This document shows positions 11,796 through 26,100 of a DNA stretch of 64,000 bases, piece after piece (position 1 is the stretch's first letter; each line of letters opens with the position of its first letter). The stretch spans positions 123,752,001-123,816,000 of the forward strand of contig NC_083223.1 in NCBI RefSeq assembly GCF_032191835.1. The letters are read 5' to 3'. The translations under genes and the position numbers were made by a program. Below the pieces are notes generated by a model, which worked only from the letters and a program-made list of their open reading frames with translations, did not search any database and was not told where the DNA came from. Source of the stretch: Heteronotia binoei. Taxonomy: Eukaryota.

Positions 11796-13194
11796 TTTGT
11801 TTTCTTTTCTTTCACTTACTTTATTTATAGACTGCCTAGTGTGTCTTTCTCCCTGAAATTTAAAGTGGATTTCTAATAACGTATATAGGGCACTTTCATG
11901 CATACTAAGTAATGCCCTTTGCAACTGGATTTCACAGACTTTCACACATGCTAAATAATGCAGTTTCAATCTACTTCAACTACTGTGTGCCAGTGGATTT
12001 TACCATTCACACAGCAGAAGCCAGTTAATTTGTTTAATAACATTAATAATTGTTAATAACTGTTTTGTGTAATAAAATTGGTTTATTAAAATTGTTGGTT
12101 GGTATAATTAAAAATGTATTAGGAGATAATTTGCAAAGGGGCCCCCAGGTTTTGACTGCCTATGGGCCTCCACAGGGTTTAATCTGGCACTGGCAGGAGA
12201 TGGGTGGGGCAAAGAAAACCCACAGAAACATTATACACATGAAAAATGGTTCCAAAAGATTAGGGAAAAGGGAAAACCTGTTTGGTGCCAGCACTGATGG
12301 AAAATATCCATACAGAAAAGCCCTATGAGTCCCTGCATCGCATATTGTTCCATAAGCTTTTAGGGTGGCTTTGCAACATCCCATTTTGACACTTTGGGAA
12401 AGAGAGAATTTGTATACCTTATGAGGAGATGAATGAGTTATGTTTGCATGGATGCATGAGTTTTATCTTTGCTCAGCACCCCAAAACATGGAAAGGAAGT
12501 GCATGAGACATATGCAGCAGTTTCTACTGATACCTCTGCATTATATACATGGAGGTTCTCAGTGAATATGAATTAAATGTGGGTCTCTTCCAGAGCTAAT
12601 TTCAGGAGCATCATTCAATTAAGAACTAGAAGATAGTCTTCACTATTTAGAATGTAACTATAAGTATTCACATGATCAATTTTTGCTCTTGCCTGGAAGC
12701 TAACATTAAGAAATGAACCAGTATTTTAATTTTTTCATTTCTCAGTGAAAGGTACAAGATTAGCTCTGCTTGTTCTAGTGAGAAGCAAATTGCATTTGAT
12801 ATACTCTTAGTATATAGTACACTACCCTAATTTTTTTTACTTCCTCCTTTTGTATCCTTTTTTTTTATTGAACACAAACTGTCCAGTGGTTAATGAAGCT
12901 TACCCATTACTTTCAGTATTGCTATTCATCTCTCTAATGCTACAATGTGTACTGAAGATATTTAATCACATAATTAAGGTAGCTGAAGAGTAATAAACAG
13001 GTGCTTTTTTGGCTACTCTTTAAATCGGTGTTTTTGCAAATAATGCATAAGATGCTTTTTTTCATGAACACCCTTCTTTTAAAATTTGTGAACATGGCTG
13101 TCCTGAACATCTATTATGGAAAACAAGCCTACTTGATACAAATAAATCAAATTATTAGGGTGGAAGTAGCCTATGAATGGCTTTCTTATAGTCA

Positions 13195-13340
13195 CAGTCA
13201 GTCAGTCACATTTTATTTGTATCCCGCCCTCCCCGCCAAAGCGGCTCAGGGCGGCTAACAGCAAGAACTCAATACATACATTGTACAATAATTACATTTA
13301 ACTACAATTAATTAAAATCCATTAAAATTCTAAAAACATT
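13195..13340 (-). mobile_element. L2 LINE 3' end
   Basis: ttttatttgtatcccgccctcccc...ggctcagggcggctaac, with (CAGT)n tail. Confidence 0.65.
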
Positions 13341-13769
13341 AATACATTTAGTGCTATATTATAAAATCATATTCATGCCAGTGCTGAAAATGAAACCATC
13401 TAGGTATCCATGCACTAAACTGTAGCGACATGTTGGGAGAATTAAAATTGTATTTTGCAAACATACACAGTTCATGCATACATGATGTCACCATCAAAAT
13501 GCAGAAACTTTACAAGATTGTTGACACTACTGAGATGGGAGGCATCTGGTCCTGTTCAGTATAAAACAGATTCTTACAAAATGATGAGTATATACATAAT
13601 CTTTAATTGCAATGATCTTTAATTGCTTATACTTATTGGCCTATCTGGCTGTTTCTTTGCCCTTTGTCACAATACTGCACTCATAAAGCTATAAATGTAC
13701 TGATTTCAACAGGGTGTTATTTTGAGATACATACTGGGCTTTTCTGTGACAGTACTCATTGGTGTTGAC

Positions 13770-13950
13770 TATGGTAGAAAGTTCAATTGAGTCGCAGCCA
13801 ACATATGGCAACCTTGTAGTGCGTTCAAGGCAAGAGACAAACAGAGGTGGTTTGCTGTTGCCTGCCTCTGCATAGGAACCCTGTATTTCTTCATAGTCTC
13901 CCATCCAACTACCAACCTGGGCTGACTTTGCTTAGCTTCTGAGATCTGAA
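13770..13950 (-). mobile_element. 5S-derived SINE
   Basis: Reverse complement of agatctcagaagctaagc...agttggatgggagac followed by the family 3' body. Confidence 0.75.
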
Positions 13951-14309
13951 TACTGGCACTTTTTTGGGCTCTCCCAAGTCCTGGGAGGTGGGGTAGAATG
14001 AGTGGAAACTAGCATAACCTTATATATCAGCACTGAAACTTAAAAAACAAACAAGTGACACAAAAGCACAGGTTAGATAAATCTATGACATATAATCACT
14101 TAGCTGTGGAAGCTCAGTGGTGATTTTGGGTCACTCACATAGTTTCATTCTAGTCTACCTTTCAGGGTTGTTGTGATAAAAAGGAAGAGAGAAGCATAAT
14201 GTAAGCTGCTTTGGTCCCCACTGTAGTGAAAGGTGGATATAATTAAGTAAATAATAAATATAGCTGAAGATGGGAGGTAGATAAAAGGTAGGTTAGTGAA
14301 TGGCTTTTG

Positions 14310-15591
14310 TGAGAAAAATACCCCTATTTCCAGAACATTGTAGTCAGCCACTGGGTTGCCAGGGTGGCTGGAGACTCAACTCTCACACATCTGCCAGGAG
14401 AACGTGGGTTTTGTCTACCCTAACTGGAAGGGACTTATGAGAACTAGCAGCCATAACTTTGCAGCAGCACTCAGTGTCTCCAGAAGAGTGCTAGCCAGGA
14501 GAACAGATGGGTTTTCAATCGCTCTGTGCGAACTCCATCTTGGCCATTGGAGTGGAAGAAGTTGTGCAGCAAGGAACTGTCCAGGCAAGCGGTTTTCAGC
14601 CTTGACCATAGAATCCACTTTGGGAGGCTAACACCACAAGCAACTATCTTCCTGCCGTGCCAGACTCGATTACAGCGAAGCAGGAGGCCCGTGTACTCAA
14701 CAGATGTCACCTATGCATAAGAGCCATCAAGCTTATCTTAGACGTGTACCCTGTCAGACCGCCTAAGCCTTTGTCCAACGGAACTCAAGACAAAGACTGG
14801 TGCCAATAGAAGATCAAAGAGGAGGAAGAACATCTTCACCCAGAGCCAAGTTCTATTGTATAGACCGGGTGTTACCTAGGTAGCAATTTGGCCATCTATT
14901 CTCACCTTTTTAGATAAGTTTGATAGACTTAAGTATCCCCCCACCTTAACAATTTTTCCCATTCTTTCCCTTAACGTGCATCCTGGAGCTTCCCAACCTG
15001 GCCTATTGTTACCTGGAAGTCCAACCAGGGCCCAAGCCTGTTTGTTGGTCAGTTATGGGCACCCAATTAGGTGCTACCAACTAACACTATTGGCTACTGC
15101 AGAAGTCCAGCCCTTATGGTCACTGTAGAGCCTCCCCTTTTTCCACCCCTGTACCTCCCATCCCTGAAGGCTCAAGGTAGTCCTTATAACCTGTGACGCA
15201 GCTCCTCACAGGTGTGCATCTAGCAGTACCCCAGTTCCGCTGTCTAGATATGTCCCCAATTCCTGATCAGTTGAGGGTCCCCTCCCCCTAGTCCTCGTTT
15301 GTCACCATTGGAGCCTTCCTTGAAGACTACGATCAGTAATTATCACCCTGTTTGTCCATCCTTGTGTTCTCTCTGAATCTCTCTCTGTTTTTCTTAGGAC
15401 TGTATGTATGTTTTATGAGTTTATTATCTTGTATGTGTGTCTATATTTTTTCTGGAATAAATTTTAATTGTTTTTTACTTAATTAGTGTCCCTGGTAAAT
15501 TTAAGCAATAATTTCTGTTTGTGTATCCTGTATACATAGGTTAAAAGATCCTGTTTAAGCCAGGTGCCCACCTGTCAATTCCCCAACCTTG
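14310..15591 (+). mobile_element. Long (~1.28 kb) solo LTR, copy A
   Basis: Starts TGAG; CCAAT-like boxes near 15063; TATA-like ccttataa near 15183; AATAAA near 15456; flanked by TTTTG; collinear with 37111-38439. Confidence 0.65.
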
Positions 15592-17665
15592 TTTTGAGGG
15601 CATTTTGGCTTACACTTTGGAAAAAATAATGTGGGGAGGGGGGTGCAGACGAAAGTGTGGTGCCATCCCAAAAGTTTGTAAGGGTTCTCTACCATGCAAG
15701 TGGGCCTGGCCCAGAGGCTGGCACCACACAACTAGGCCACAGTTTTCTGAGGTACATGCTGCTTGGTAGGGTAGGCTGAGTTCACTTTCCTCTCAAGGCT
15801 CTACCCCCAAATATTCAGGAATTTCCCAAACTAGTAACCCTAAGGGGGAACTGATCTTTGTATCTGGGAACTCTCCAGGCCCTACTTGGAGGTTAGCAAC
15901 TCTAGGAGAGACAGAAGCAGGAAAAGGGGAGAGACTATGGAGGCTTTCAGGAGAGGGAAATAGTGGTGGGAGGATGAGATGCCTCCTGCAAGTCCTTGCA
16001 GGTTCCCATTTGTAACAATCAATAGGAGGAAGACAGTTTCTGCATGTGTACTGTAAATACAGTGGGTTGCTTGGGGGGGGGGCTGCCATTTGAATTCACA
16101 TGTAAAAGCCTGAGTAGCTTCAAAATCAGCAATATCATTGTAGCATTTTGCTGTGCATCTCATACCCTGGATTAGGATGAGCATTTGGAACTGAAGTGTT
16201 GGCTAATCTCTAAGGTCAGGCACCCATCTTTCTTCAGATAAGCCTTTTCTTGATATTAAAAGGCATTAATAAACAGCTAAAGTTCTGTGCAGATGTAATG
16301 CTGAATCATGGCTTGTTTGTCATAGTCATGATTAAGCATTATGTCTGAATATATAAACTTTGATTAAGGACTGACCACAAACCAGGATTATTGTTGTTAT
16401 TATTTATTACATTTAATGATATGAAACAATGATTTGAAATGGGTTTCAAACTTATGTTACTCACAGTTAACTTCACTTTTTAGCACCCCTATACACCAAG
16501 ATGATTAATTGTTGTTTAGATGTGTCCAACTATCAGCACTACTTTTTCAAACATGTATTAACTCCTTCCTGTGGCATGAATAATGCTGACCATGTATTAT
16601 GTCTTCAACACTGAACATGTATTGTGTCTTCTCTCATCTCTTACCATTCAGAAGGCAGTCCTGTGCACACTTAGAATATATACAGTGACAGATGTAAAAA
16701 CAAGCCATGGTACATATTTCTCAGGGGCTGAGCCTGGCTTCCTCTCACATTCAAATACCAATGACATCATAATCAACTTTTAATTAAATGAGATCTTTTG
16801 TATTTTGATCCATGCTTCAGGCAGCCTATCTGCTCATTCCATTTAACAGGAGACTCTTTTTTCTACAAAGTTGGAATATTGTTCTGAGAGAAATGGACTC
16901 ACGACATCACTTGGAACCAGTCAATCTATGTCACACATAGGTGTATTGCAAACAACAACCTGAACTGGGCCCCCAGGCACCTGGGAGGCCTAAAACATGT
17001 CTGCTAATTGGTCCAGGGATGTATCAAGGAAAAGACAGCAAAGGAGTGGTCAGAAACACATACTGTGTAATCAGGACATGAGACTGGCACTAAAAGAAGG
17101 TTATAAGTTGTTCCATGGTAAACCTTGGTTTCTGTCAAGAACTGGATCTTGCCATGATAGTGGGAATTCCTGCACTCCTGCTTTGATCTTTATTTGCCAT
17201 GTTATAATACCTAATGTATCTACATGCTTTGCTTTGGCCCTGTCTGTATTCTTTGCAACTTCGTACAAGTAACCATTCTGCCCTACCCAGCTACACACAT
17301 TCCTTTTGCAAGTTGTGAAAGTCACTGGTTATCTACATAGCTAGAGAATCTTAACTTTCACTTTTAAAAAAGCTGTGTGAACTGTGGGGTAAGTGGGAAT
17401 ATCAAACCCACCAGAATTTGGGTGCCTAAAGACCTGGGTAATGAATGGCTTTTGTAACTTATAAAAGTGTGACCTGACCAGTGCAGGTCAGTTTTAGCAA
17501 GACTTATCTTTGCTGTGGACATCCTCATCATTTAAATAAAACCTAATTTGATTCACATCAAAGAGGTGGACTTAATGATTTCTGCACAGAACTTGACAGC
17601 TTCAAACCAAATGAAGCAGTACACCTATGTTTTTTTAATATGAAAAGGAGGTTCCAGAAAAGTGC

Positions 17666-17757
17666 TCAAAAATGCACATACCAAAATGTGTTTTACACCA
17701 CTCCATCACAGCATCTGAGGAGTGGTGCAAAACATGTTTTGGTGTGTGCACTTTTGA
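17666..17757. repeat. Imperfect 39-bp-arm palindrome
   Basis: Arms differ at 5 of 39 positions (all transitions); 14-nt spacer. Confidence 0.85.
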
Positions 17758-18194
17758 ACATGGGTACAGGGTAATGCTTAAATTGGTGGCTCATCAGAAA
17801 AAGATTAGCTGCAGTGTAGCTTGAAAACTAAAAAGTGGAACATGCTATCTTGGAAAGAAATGGTGGTTTCCATGCCTACTGGTCTTACACAAGAGAATGC
17901 TTTGAAGTTCAAAGCAGGATTTATATGTAACATCCTTTAGTTTCCAGTTTGATTTATTCAGTCCATTGCTCTTTGCCTGAAAGGCCTGTTGGGTAGGGCT
18001 GTCTCTTCCCTACAAGATAAATGTTTAGATATGGTGATGGGTGGGGCTGGTGACAAATTTGGTTATGCATACCTATGCACAATTGACACCACACCTATGA
18101 TCTGAATCAGAAAGCATTAGGTTGAAGTTCTCTCCTCCAGAACACTTTCCTCTGATCCCAATCTCACTAGGATCTTAGTGGGCAGCTGTGGTGG

Positions 18195-18560
18195 TCTGAA
18201 GCAAGTCCAGGGACACTTTTAAGACCAACAAAGTTTCATTCAAAAAGTGAGCTTTCATGTGCTAAAAGCACACTTCATCAGACAACAGTATGAGTATAGA
18301 ATGGAATTAGCAGTCCTACATATAGGGAGTAGGCAGTGAATTAGTATGCAAAATAGTGAAAATTCTTTTAATAGATTAAAATAATAACAAGTTTGGTTCT
18401 GGTTATTCTTGTTATTCTTTTAATCTGTTAAAAGCGTTATCACTATTTTGCATACTAATTCACTATCGTCTGATGAAATTTACTTTTACTGCACAAAAAC
18501 TCGCATTTTGAAGAAAACTTTGTTGGTCATAAAGGTGCCACTGGACACCAACTTTGTTCA
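18195..18560. mobile_element. Fold-back element with inverted Penelope-type termini and an inner ~57-bp-arm palindrome
   Basis: Outer arms ttttaagaccaacaaagtt / aactttgttggtcataaaggtgcc, each with a CTGATGA core; inner arms 18335-18391 and 18408-18464. Confidence 0.7.
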
Positions 18561-20154
18561 CTAGGATCCTATCAGGGCAATATTACATGCATCTAAGTGT
18601 AATATTTGGTTGAACCTTAAAATCAAGTTTTCAACATATGACAAAAATAAACTTCCCCCTTTCCCATGGTGTAATTTACCTCCATGGTTTCTTAAGAATG
18701 ACCTTAGTCCTGTATCCATGAATACACAAAAAGACAAGTCCAGGGTCATTTTTAAAATAATTCTAAAGTCATTTTCATAGATTTAAGTTGATGTAAACCA
18801 CCAATGTAAAACCTGCATGCACCAGAAAGCACACATGGTTTCTTCTTTCTTCATTCCCACCCAAATTAACAACATTTATGTGTGGCGCGAAGAAGCTGCA
18901 ATGGTGCTTTTTAGGCATATGTGTGATAAAAACCTAATAATTTCCTCAGGAACTGTTGCTCCTGTGACACAAACAATTGTCTTCTATCTCAGACTTCACA
19001 TTTCAGCTTGCTTTCATTCTCTAGCTTCTATGCCCTCATTTTTTTCTTCCTATGAATCCCCTTCACTGTAAGAGCCCTTCCTAGCTGCCAAAATTTCACT
19101 TCCCCTCCCCCCAAACCAGGGTGCTGCTGCTGCAGCCTACCTCAATCTCGCTCTTCCCACAATCCTTCGCACCCTCCCCTCTTCATGCTCTTTATCTTGC
19201 CTGCACCAGACGGCCTTTGCAGCTGCCTAAATAGGTTGAGTCTGTAGCATGCAGGAGTTTTCTGTCTTATTTTGGGCGCTTTTGCTCTCTTTCCCTGACC
19301 ATTTCCTTTCTCCATCTTCTTGACTGAAAAATAATAAAGGCAAGAATGGGAAGGGAGACGTGCTGCTTCTGTGCTTGCAATGCAGTTGCCATCCACCCTT
19401 TCCCTTCTCTTGTCTGTTGTTGTGTAACAGCAGCAGATGTTCTTGGTTGCTGGAACAGCAGTTGCAGCAGCAGCAATCAGCTTCCTTCCTAATGGCTGGA
19501 GTGATCAGTGTTGTGTAGGGGACACATTAGACACGTTGAGGTTGCACTGAAGTTGCACAGAACAGACAGACAAGCCCCGTGTACAGCTGCTTAGCTCTTT
19601 GGGACCTGTAATGCAATGGGTGTGTGTGTGTTTGCTTCCAGGCAAATAGCTAAAAGGTTTTTGACTCATTCTAGGAATCAGGGGGTGGATAGGGACAGGT
19701 CACTGGAGGTAGACAGTTACAGGCAACTAGGCAGATATTTGGACTTTCCCCCCTCTCTGATCTTAGTATTGCTCTCACAAGTTTGTAATGCTGTTTCAGT
19801 TAGGGCAACATTAACCTAAATGTCTGTTGGCATATACTGAAGAGACATAAAATTGGTTAAGAAATCTAACTTCCTTACAGTGTGATTTAAGTTTTCCCTA
19901 ATAGTTCCTGTGCCTTTAACTCCTACATAGTAGGCAACAATTTAGCTGGCTTGGAATTGGCTGCATCTTTGAATTACCGCAGCTTTTGAAAACGAAGGAG
20001 AGCCCTGCTAGGAAAAAAAAAGGTAGCAACCTTAATCTTGAGTATACAGTCAGCTGTGGCAGCTGTTGAACAGCAAGTTCTGTTTTAGAAAGAGGATTCT
20101 TTGTGTTGAATAACATAAGACAGGGCAACTATAAGGTGTTTAGGAAAGGAAGGT

Positions 20155-20280
20155 GGCATGGTATAGTCTGATTTTAGAAGCTAAGGAGGGTCAGTACCTG
20201 GAAAAGGCGACCACCAAGGAAGGCTCTGCAGAGGAAGGCTTTGGCAAACTGCTGCTTAATCACTTGTCTTGAAAGCCTCA
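20155..20280 (+). mobile_element. 5S-derived SINE, degraded
   Basis: tagaagctaag...cagtacctgga...gaccaccaaggaag...gcagaggaagg...tggcaaac. Confidence 0.65.
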
Positions 20281-22620
20281 TGCTGTGTTAGCTGTAAGGC
20301 AATTGCAACTTGATGACAATTCACACACATGCATTGCACAAATGGAATATAGCACAATGCGGGGAAACTCTCAGTACCATCTTTCTCCTAATGCCAACAT
20401 TTTAAATAAAACATGCTTCCTCACTTCTTTTTTAATCTCTTCTTATCTTCCTCTTTTGCTCCTAGAGGGTTTTTTTTGGTGTAGGTTTTTTGTTTAAAAA
20501 AACAAAACACAAGGAACTTATGATTTATGAAGGACAAAAAGAAAAAAAAAGATACTGACATCTTTTCTCAGCAACTAGAGGGCTTCTAACTTTGAAATGT
20601 TTGATTTATTTTGCTGCAGTACAAAAAGCGATTATATTGCTCATCATGAATCAGTGAGAGGGAAAAGAATGGGGTTTACCATCCAGGAAAGGTAGAGTTT
20701 AACTCTGAAGCTAAGTTCACATATTAGGTTCCGTTATTCAGTTCATTTATTCCCATTTAAATAGGGGCTTTTAGTGAGTAAATTGGGTATTGCAGTTTAA
20801 AACACCAGTCCTCAAAACATTATTGGAGCTACAATACCATTAATTGGAAACTGAAAAATACTGGAGGGAGCAGACAGCAATGGTTAAAACCATATATCAG
20901 TGACCATAAGATAAAGAGCCTTCTTAAACAGCAGCGAATGAACAATGACCACTAAACATAAAGTAAATATTTTCTATGAAAATGCAGCAGAAGAAAACAA
21001 CATCATCAATTAGCAAAGGAAGAGTCAGGACTTAATCTGATGTCCCTTAGCTGACCACCAGCAACAAAATGATATCCTTTTCACGGACCAAGAGCGGAAG
21101 CTCAGAATACTAGTAGATCTTTGCAAATGCTGTTAGAAGAAGGCTGTCAGTATTTATCTGCACAAACATCAGCTATCTAACTTATCTGTTCAGGACAACA
21201 TAGCTTGTTAGTAGCATAGTTCTTTTTGCAATTGAAGATTAAGTCAGTAAGTACAAATTGCTGTAGATCAATTTGCTTCACTGCAAATAATTCCACATTT
21301 GAATGAGAGTTATTCTTTCACTTAGAACCAATTATGAAATTAAATTAGAGCTTTTCCAGTTACACAGTTTCTTGGAGCAACATGGATGTAATGAAATGCT
21401 AATGAGGCACTTTACCTTACTGCCCATTGCTAATGTTGATGTGAACAAGTTCTTGAGTGTCCTATTGGCCTCAGTAGGGACAGTATTTTAAGGCCATGAT
21501 CTGCAAAAATACTTTAATTGTTAAAGCAGTTTTTAGAGGAAACGTATCTATGCCCTTTTTGCCCTCCAGGGCAACTGGTTGGCTACTGTGTGAAACTAGG
21601 TGGACTAAGTTTAAAGTGTAACTTGTAGGAAATGTGTCATTTCTATGACCCCAATGGGAAGTATACCATTTATTTTCAAGGAAAGCTAGTTAGGTGAGAA
21701 GTGGTGGCTTTTCAATATAAGTAGAAATGAATCAACATTATTTATCTATGCCAATAAATAACTTCTCTCTTTTTTGTTAGCTCCTTTCTCTATAGCGTTC
21801 TTGCAACTTTTTGAAACCAATGAGATAAATTCAATGATACTGTTCTAGTAAAAATCTGATCTAATACAAATGCTTCTTTTTCTCCTTCCTGCTCACCCAC
21901 CTACCAACCTTTTATCTTCCTCCCATATTCTGCTATATTTATTTACTTTATTTACACCCTGACTCTTTCCACAACGGGAACCTAAAGCAGCTTACACTAT
22001 TCTCCTTTTTCATCCTCACAACAACCCTGTGAGTTAGGTTAGGCTAAAAGTGTATGGCTGGACCAAGTCACCCAGTGAGCATGATGACAGAATGGAGATT
22101 AGGACACTTGTGATTTCAAGATCCTAGTCTGAAACTCTAACCACTATACTACACTGCATTGATGAAATGGGTGCTTCATATAATAGCAAGCAGTCAAGCC
22201 TGCCAGTAGTTGCTGCTGAGCCTGGCCCTGATAAATCCTTCCTCAAGGGACAAAACAGCCCTGAAAAGGGCCCTGCCCCCTCTCCCTGTCATTTACTGAT
22301 AGAAACCAAGGCTTGAAGGCTGGCAATATTGTTGTAGATAGAAACTCCCACAATGACCTCTTCAGAGACCATCTATTTCTTAAAGGTACAGACATTGCTT
22401 TTATTATTTTGGTTTTTAAAACATTTTTAAAAAGATTTTAGCTTTTTCTGGTTTGTAGGAAGATCCATCTTGTCTGTTTAAATCTTCATTCTGTGAACTG
22501 AACTATTAATTGATAGGGCCACATGAAGAACAAGACATAATGATGATAATTTTCTGAGATTAGTGGGACCCAAAAGATATACATGTGCACACTTTTATTA
22601 TGTTGAATGTAAAAGTAGCA

Positions 22621-23129
22621 TAGAGGGAATGCTTATTAAATTTGCAGATGATACTAAATTGGGAGGGGTTGCAAATACAATAGAAGACAAAAACAGGATA
22701 CAGGATGATGCTGACAGGCTGGAAAACTGGGCTAAAATGAATTTTAACAGGAATAAATGTAAAATTCTGCCTTTAGGTAGGAATAATTCAATGCATGGTT
22801 ATAGTATGAGGGAGACTTGTCTTAGCAGTAGTATGTGTGAAAAGGATTTAGGGGTCTTAGTGGATCATATGCTGAACATGAGTCAACAGTGTGACGTGGT
22901 GGCTAAAAAGGCAAATGTAATATTGGGCTGTATCAACAGCAGTATAGTGTCCAGATCACGTGAGGTGATGGTATCACTTTACTCTGCTTTGGTAAGACCT
23001 CACCTGGAGTATTGTATTCAGTTTTGGGTGCCACATTTTAAAAAGGATATAGACATGCTGGAACGGATTCAGAGGAGGGCAACAAGGATAGTGAGGGATC
23101 TGGAGACCAAGTCCTATGAAGAAAGTTTG
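22621..23129 (+). mobile_element. CR1 LINE, 5' part (RT C-terminus)
   Basis: KFADDTKLGG...EKDLGVLVD...RPHLEYCIQFW...QRRATR; stops at ETKSYEE. Confidence 0.93.
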
Positions 23130-26100
23130 CGTTTAAAACAATTTATTGTACTGCAATATATTGTAATAACACTTATCATTTGTTATTAAAAATTAATACA
23201 TATAGATTACATTTTCTCCCCCCTCCCCCCCTTTTGGTGACCCCCGGCAGTGTATTTTAATTAAATTGCTTAAAACAAGGTAATCAATTTAGTCTGTTTA
23301 AGAATCTTCATAAAAAAGAAAGCATCATAAAGCAAAGAGAGAAAAGGAAGAAAAAACAAACAAACCATATGTTATAATTATAAACCATCTTCATAGTAAT
23401 CCTTTAGTCAATATCAAAAGAACAAAAAAAGATATATTCCAATAGTCTTGCTTTTTTACTGTAATCCATTTAACGTTCCTTTAGCATTTAATCATTGTCA
23501 AAGATCGCCAAATATCCCTTAACATTCCATTGTTTTTCAACATATTTTTGAAATTTTCCCACTCATTTTTGAACTTCTCTAAATCATGTTCTTTTACGAT
23601 TCTTGTAAACTTGTCCATTTCACTCCAATGCATAACCTTTAAAGTCCATTCCCACTTTTCTGGTAATTTGTCTTGCTTCCACATCTGCACGTATAATGTC
23701 CGAGCAGCTGAAAGCATATACTGAAGTATTGTTTTAGCTTGTTTTGGAAATTTTTCCATTTGTAATCTCAACAGAAAAATGTCTGGTGCCTTCTTAATAT
23801 TATATCCCAAAATTTTTGAAATCTCTTGCTGAATCATTTGCCAAATTTGTTTTGCCTTTTCACAAGTCCACATATGGTAGAAAGATCCCTCTTGTTTTTC
23901 CAACATCTATTTGACACCTGATTGCTCAGTTTTGCTAATTTCTTAGGTATATCACCTATATAACATACCACCTATATAACATTTAAAACAATTTTCTTTA
24001 ATATTGTAACATGTCGATATTTTCATAGAGTTCTTCCATAAGTATTCCCATGACTCCATCTGTATTTCCTTATTTATATTTATCACCCATTTTATCATTT
24101 GAGATTTAACTACTTCATCTTCCGTAGACCATTTCAATAATAGTTTATAAGTTCTTGAGATCAATTTTTCATTTTCACCAAACAGCATTCTCTCCAATTC
24201 TGTTTGTTCTTGTCTTATTCCATCATTCTTAATGTCCTGTTCAAGCAAACTCTTAATTTGTTGCAATTGAAACCAATTATATTTGTATTGTAATTCTTCA
24301 GCCAATTTTAATTCCACCTTTCTCCATGTATTTTTAAAAGTTGTTTATATGATAACCACTTCTCTTCTTTAGTGTCTGAATATAATTTTATTATTTCTGT
24401 TGGCACAATCCAAAGCGGTTTCCTCTCGTCCCCATATCTTTTATATTTTGACCAAGTATTTAGCAGGTTGCTTCTTTTATAGTGATACGAAAAAACCCAT
24501 CCATCTTATTTTTCCCGTAGTACATGTAGGCATGCCAACCAAAAACATTTCCATGACCTTCTAGTGCTAGTAATTTTCTGTTTAGTAATGTCATCCATTC
24601 CTTAATCCACACCAGGCATACTGCATCATGATACAACTTTAAATTAGGCAATTGAAATCCTCCCCTTTCTTTCGTGTCAAGAATTTCATTTTAATTCTTG
24701 GTTTTTTCCTGGCCCATACAAATTCTGCCCAGCATAGACAAATTCAACTTATTCCATTTTATCAAATCTCCATCAATCTTACGGCAAAGCTTCTCATAGT
24801 TGTTTTTGTACAGATCAAGATTTTTTGTTGTTACTTCCACACCTAAATATTCACACTCTGTTAACCTCTGTAGTTCTTTCTGTTTACTTTTTGATATATT
24901 TTTACACAAAATTTTTGACTTTTCTTTATTTATATAAAAGCCTGCCAATTCTCCATATTCTTGTATCTTACGAAGCAACAATGGTGTTACATGAGTGGGA
25001 TTTCCATTTATAAACATTACATCATCTGCAAATGCTCTGTATTTATAAGAAAAACCTTTCAACTTCAGTCCCTCTATCTCTTTGTCTTCTCGAATTTGCA
25101 TTAGCAAAACCTCTAAAGTCATTATAAATATCAATGGAGATAGAGGGCAACCTTGCTTTGTTCCTTTACTAATTATCTTTTCCCCCGTCAAATCTGCATT
25201 TACACAGAGCCTTGCTTGTTGTTCAGTATATATCGCTTTCACCATTCTTATAAAGTCTTCTCCCAATCTCAGTTTCTCCATCACTGCAAAGATAAAGTTC
25301 CAATGCACATTATCAAATGCTTTCTCTGCGTCTGCAAAAAATAATGCTACTTCTATTTCAGGATGTCTCTCATAATATTCAATAGTGTCTATAACTGTTC
25401 TGATATTATCTCTAATTTGCCTCCTGGAAGAAATCCTGCTTGCTCTTCTTTAATAAAATTGTTCAAATGCTGTTTAAGGAGCTCTGCTAAAATTCTGGCA
25501 TATATTTTATAATCATTGTTAAGTAATGAAAGTGGTCTATAGTTTTTTACATTCGTAGTGTCTCTGTCTTCTTTTGGTATCAACGAAATTACTGCTTCTT
25601 TCCATGTGTTAGGGATTTTCCCATCTATTCTTATAATATTCATCAATATCTGAAGTTTTGGTAATAGCACCTCCGTGAGGACTTTATAAAATTTTGCCGT
25701 AAAACCATCTGGACTGGGTGCTTTCCCAAATTTCATTGAATTAATTACCGCCTCTATTTCTCCTTTTTCAATTGGTTCATTAAATGCCTTCTCCATATTT
25801 TCTGTTAGGGGATTTACTTTAATTTTCTGTAAATATGCATTTTTTTTTCTATCCACCTTTTGACTTTTAAATAGCTTGGCATAATATTTATAAAATTCTC
25901 TTTTAATTCCTTCCTGATCAACAATGTCCTTACCTCCCGATACAATTTTGTTAATAACTTTATTCTCCCTTTTTTTTTTTCATTTGCCAGGCCAAATATT
26001 TTCCAGGTTTATTCGCTCCTTCAAAAGATTTCTGTTGAAGTCTTTTTTAAGTTCCATTCCACTTCTTTATTCAACAAATGTCTCAATTGGCTTTGAAATA

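Noticed and set aside
14356-14631. ~90-aa ORF open in both long LTRs (also 37157-37423)
   Set aside because: No shared ATG, bounded by an upstream TAG, and about 30 of 88 residues differ with few synonymous changes, so no sign of purifying selection by eye
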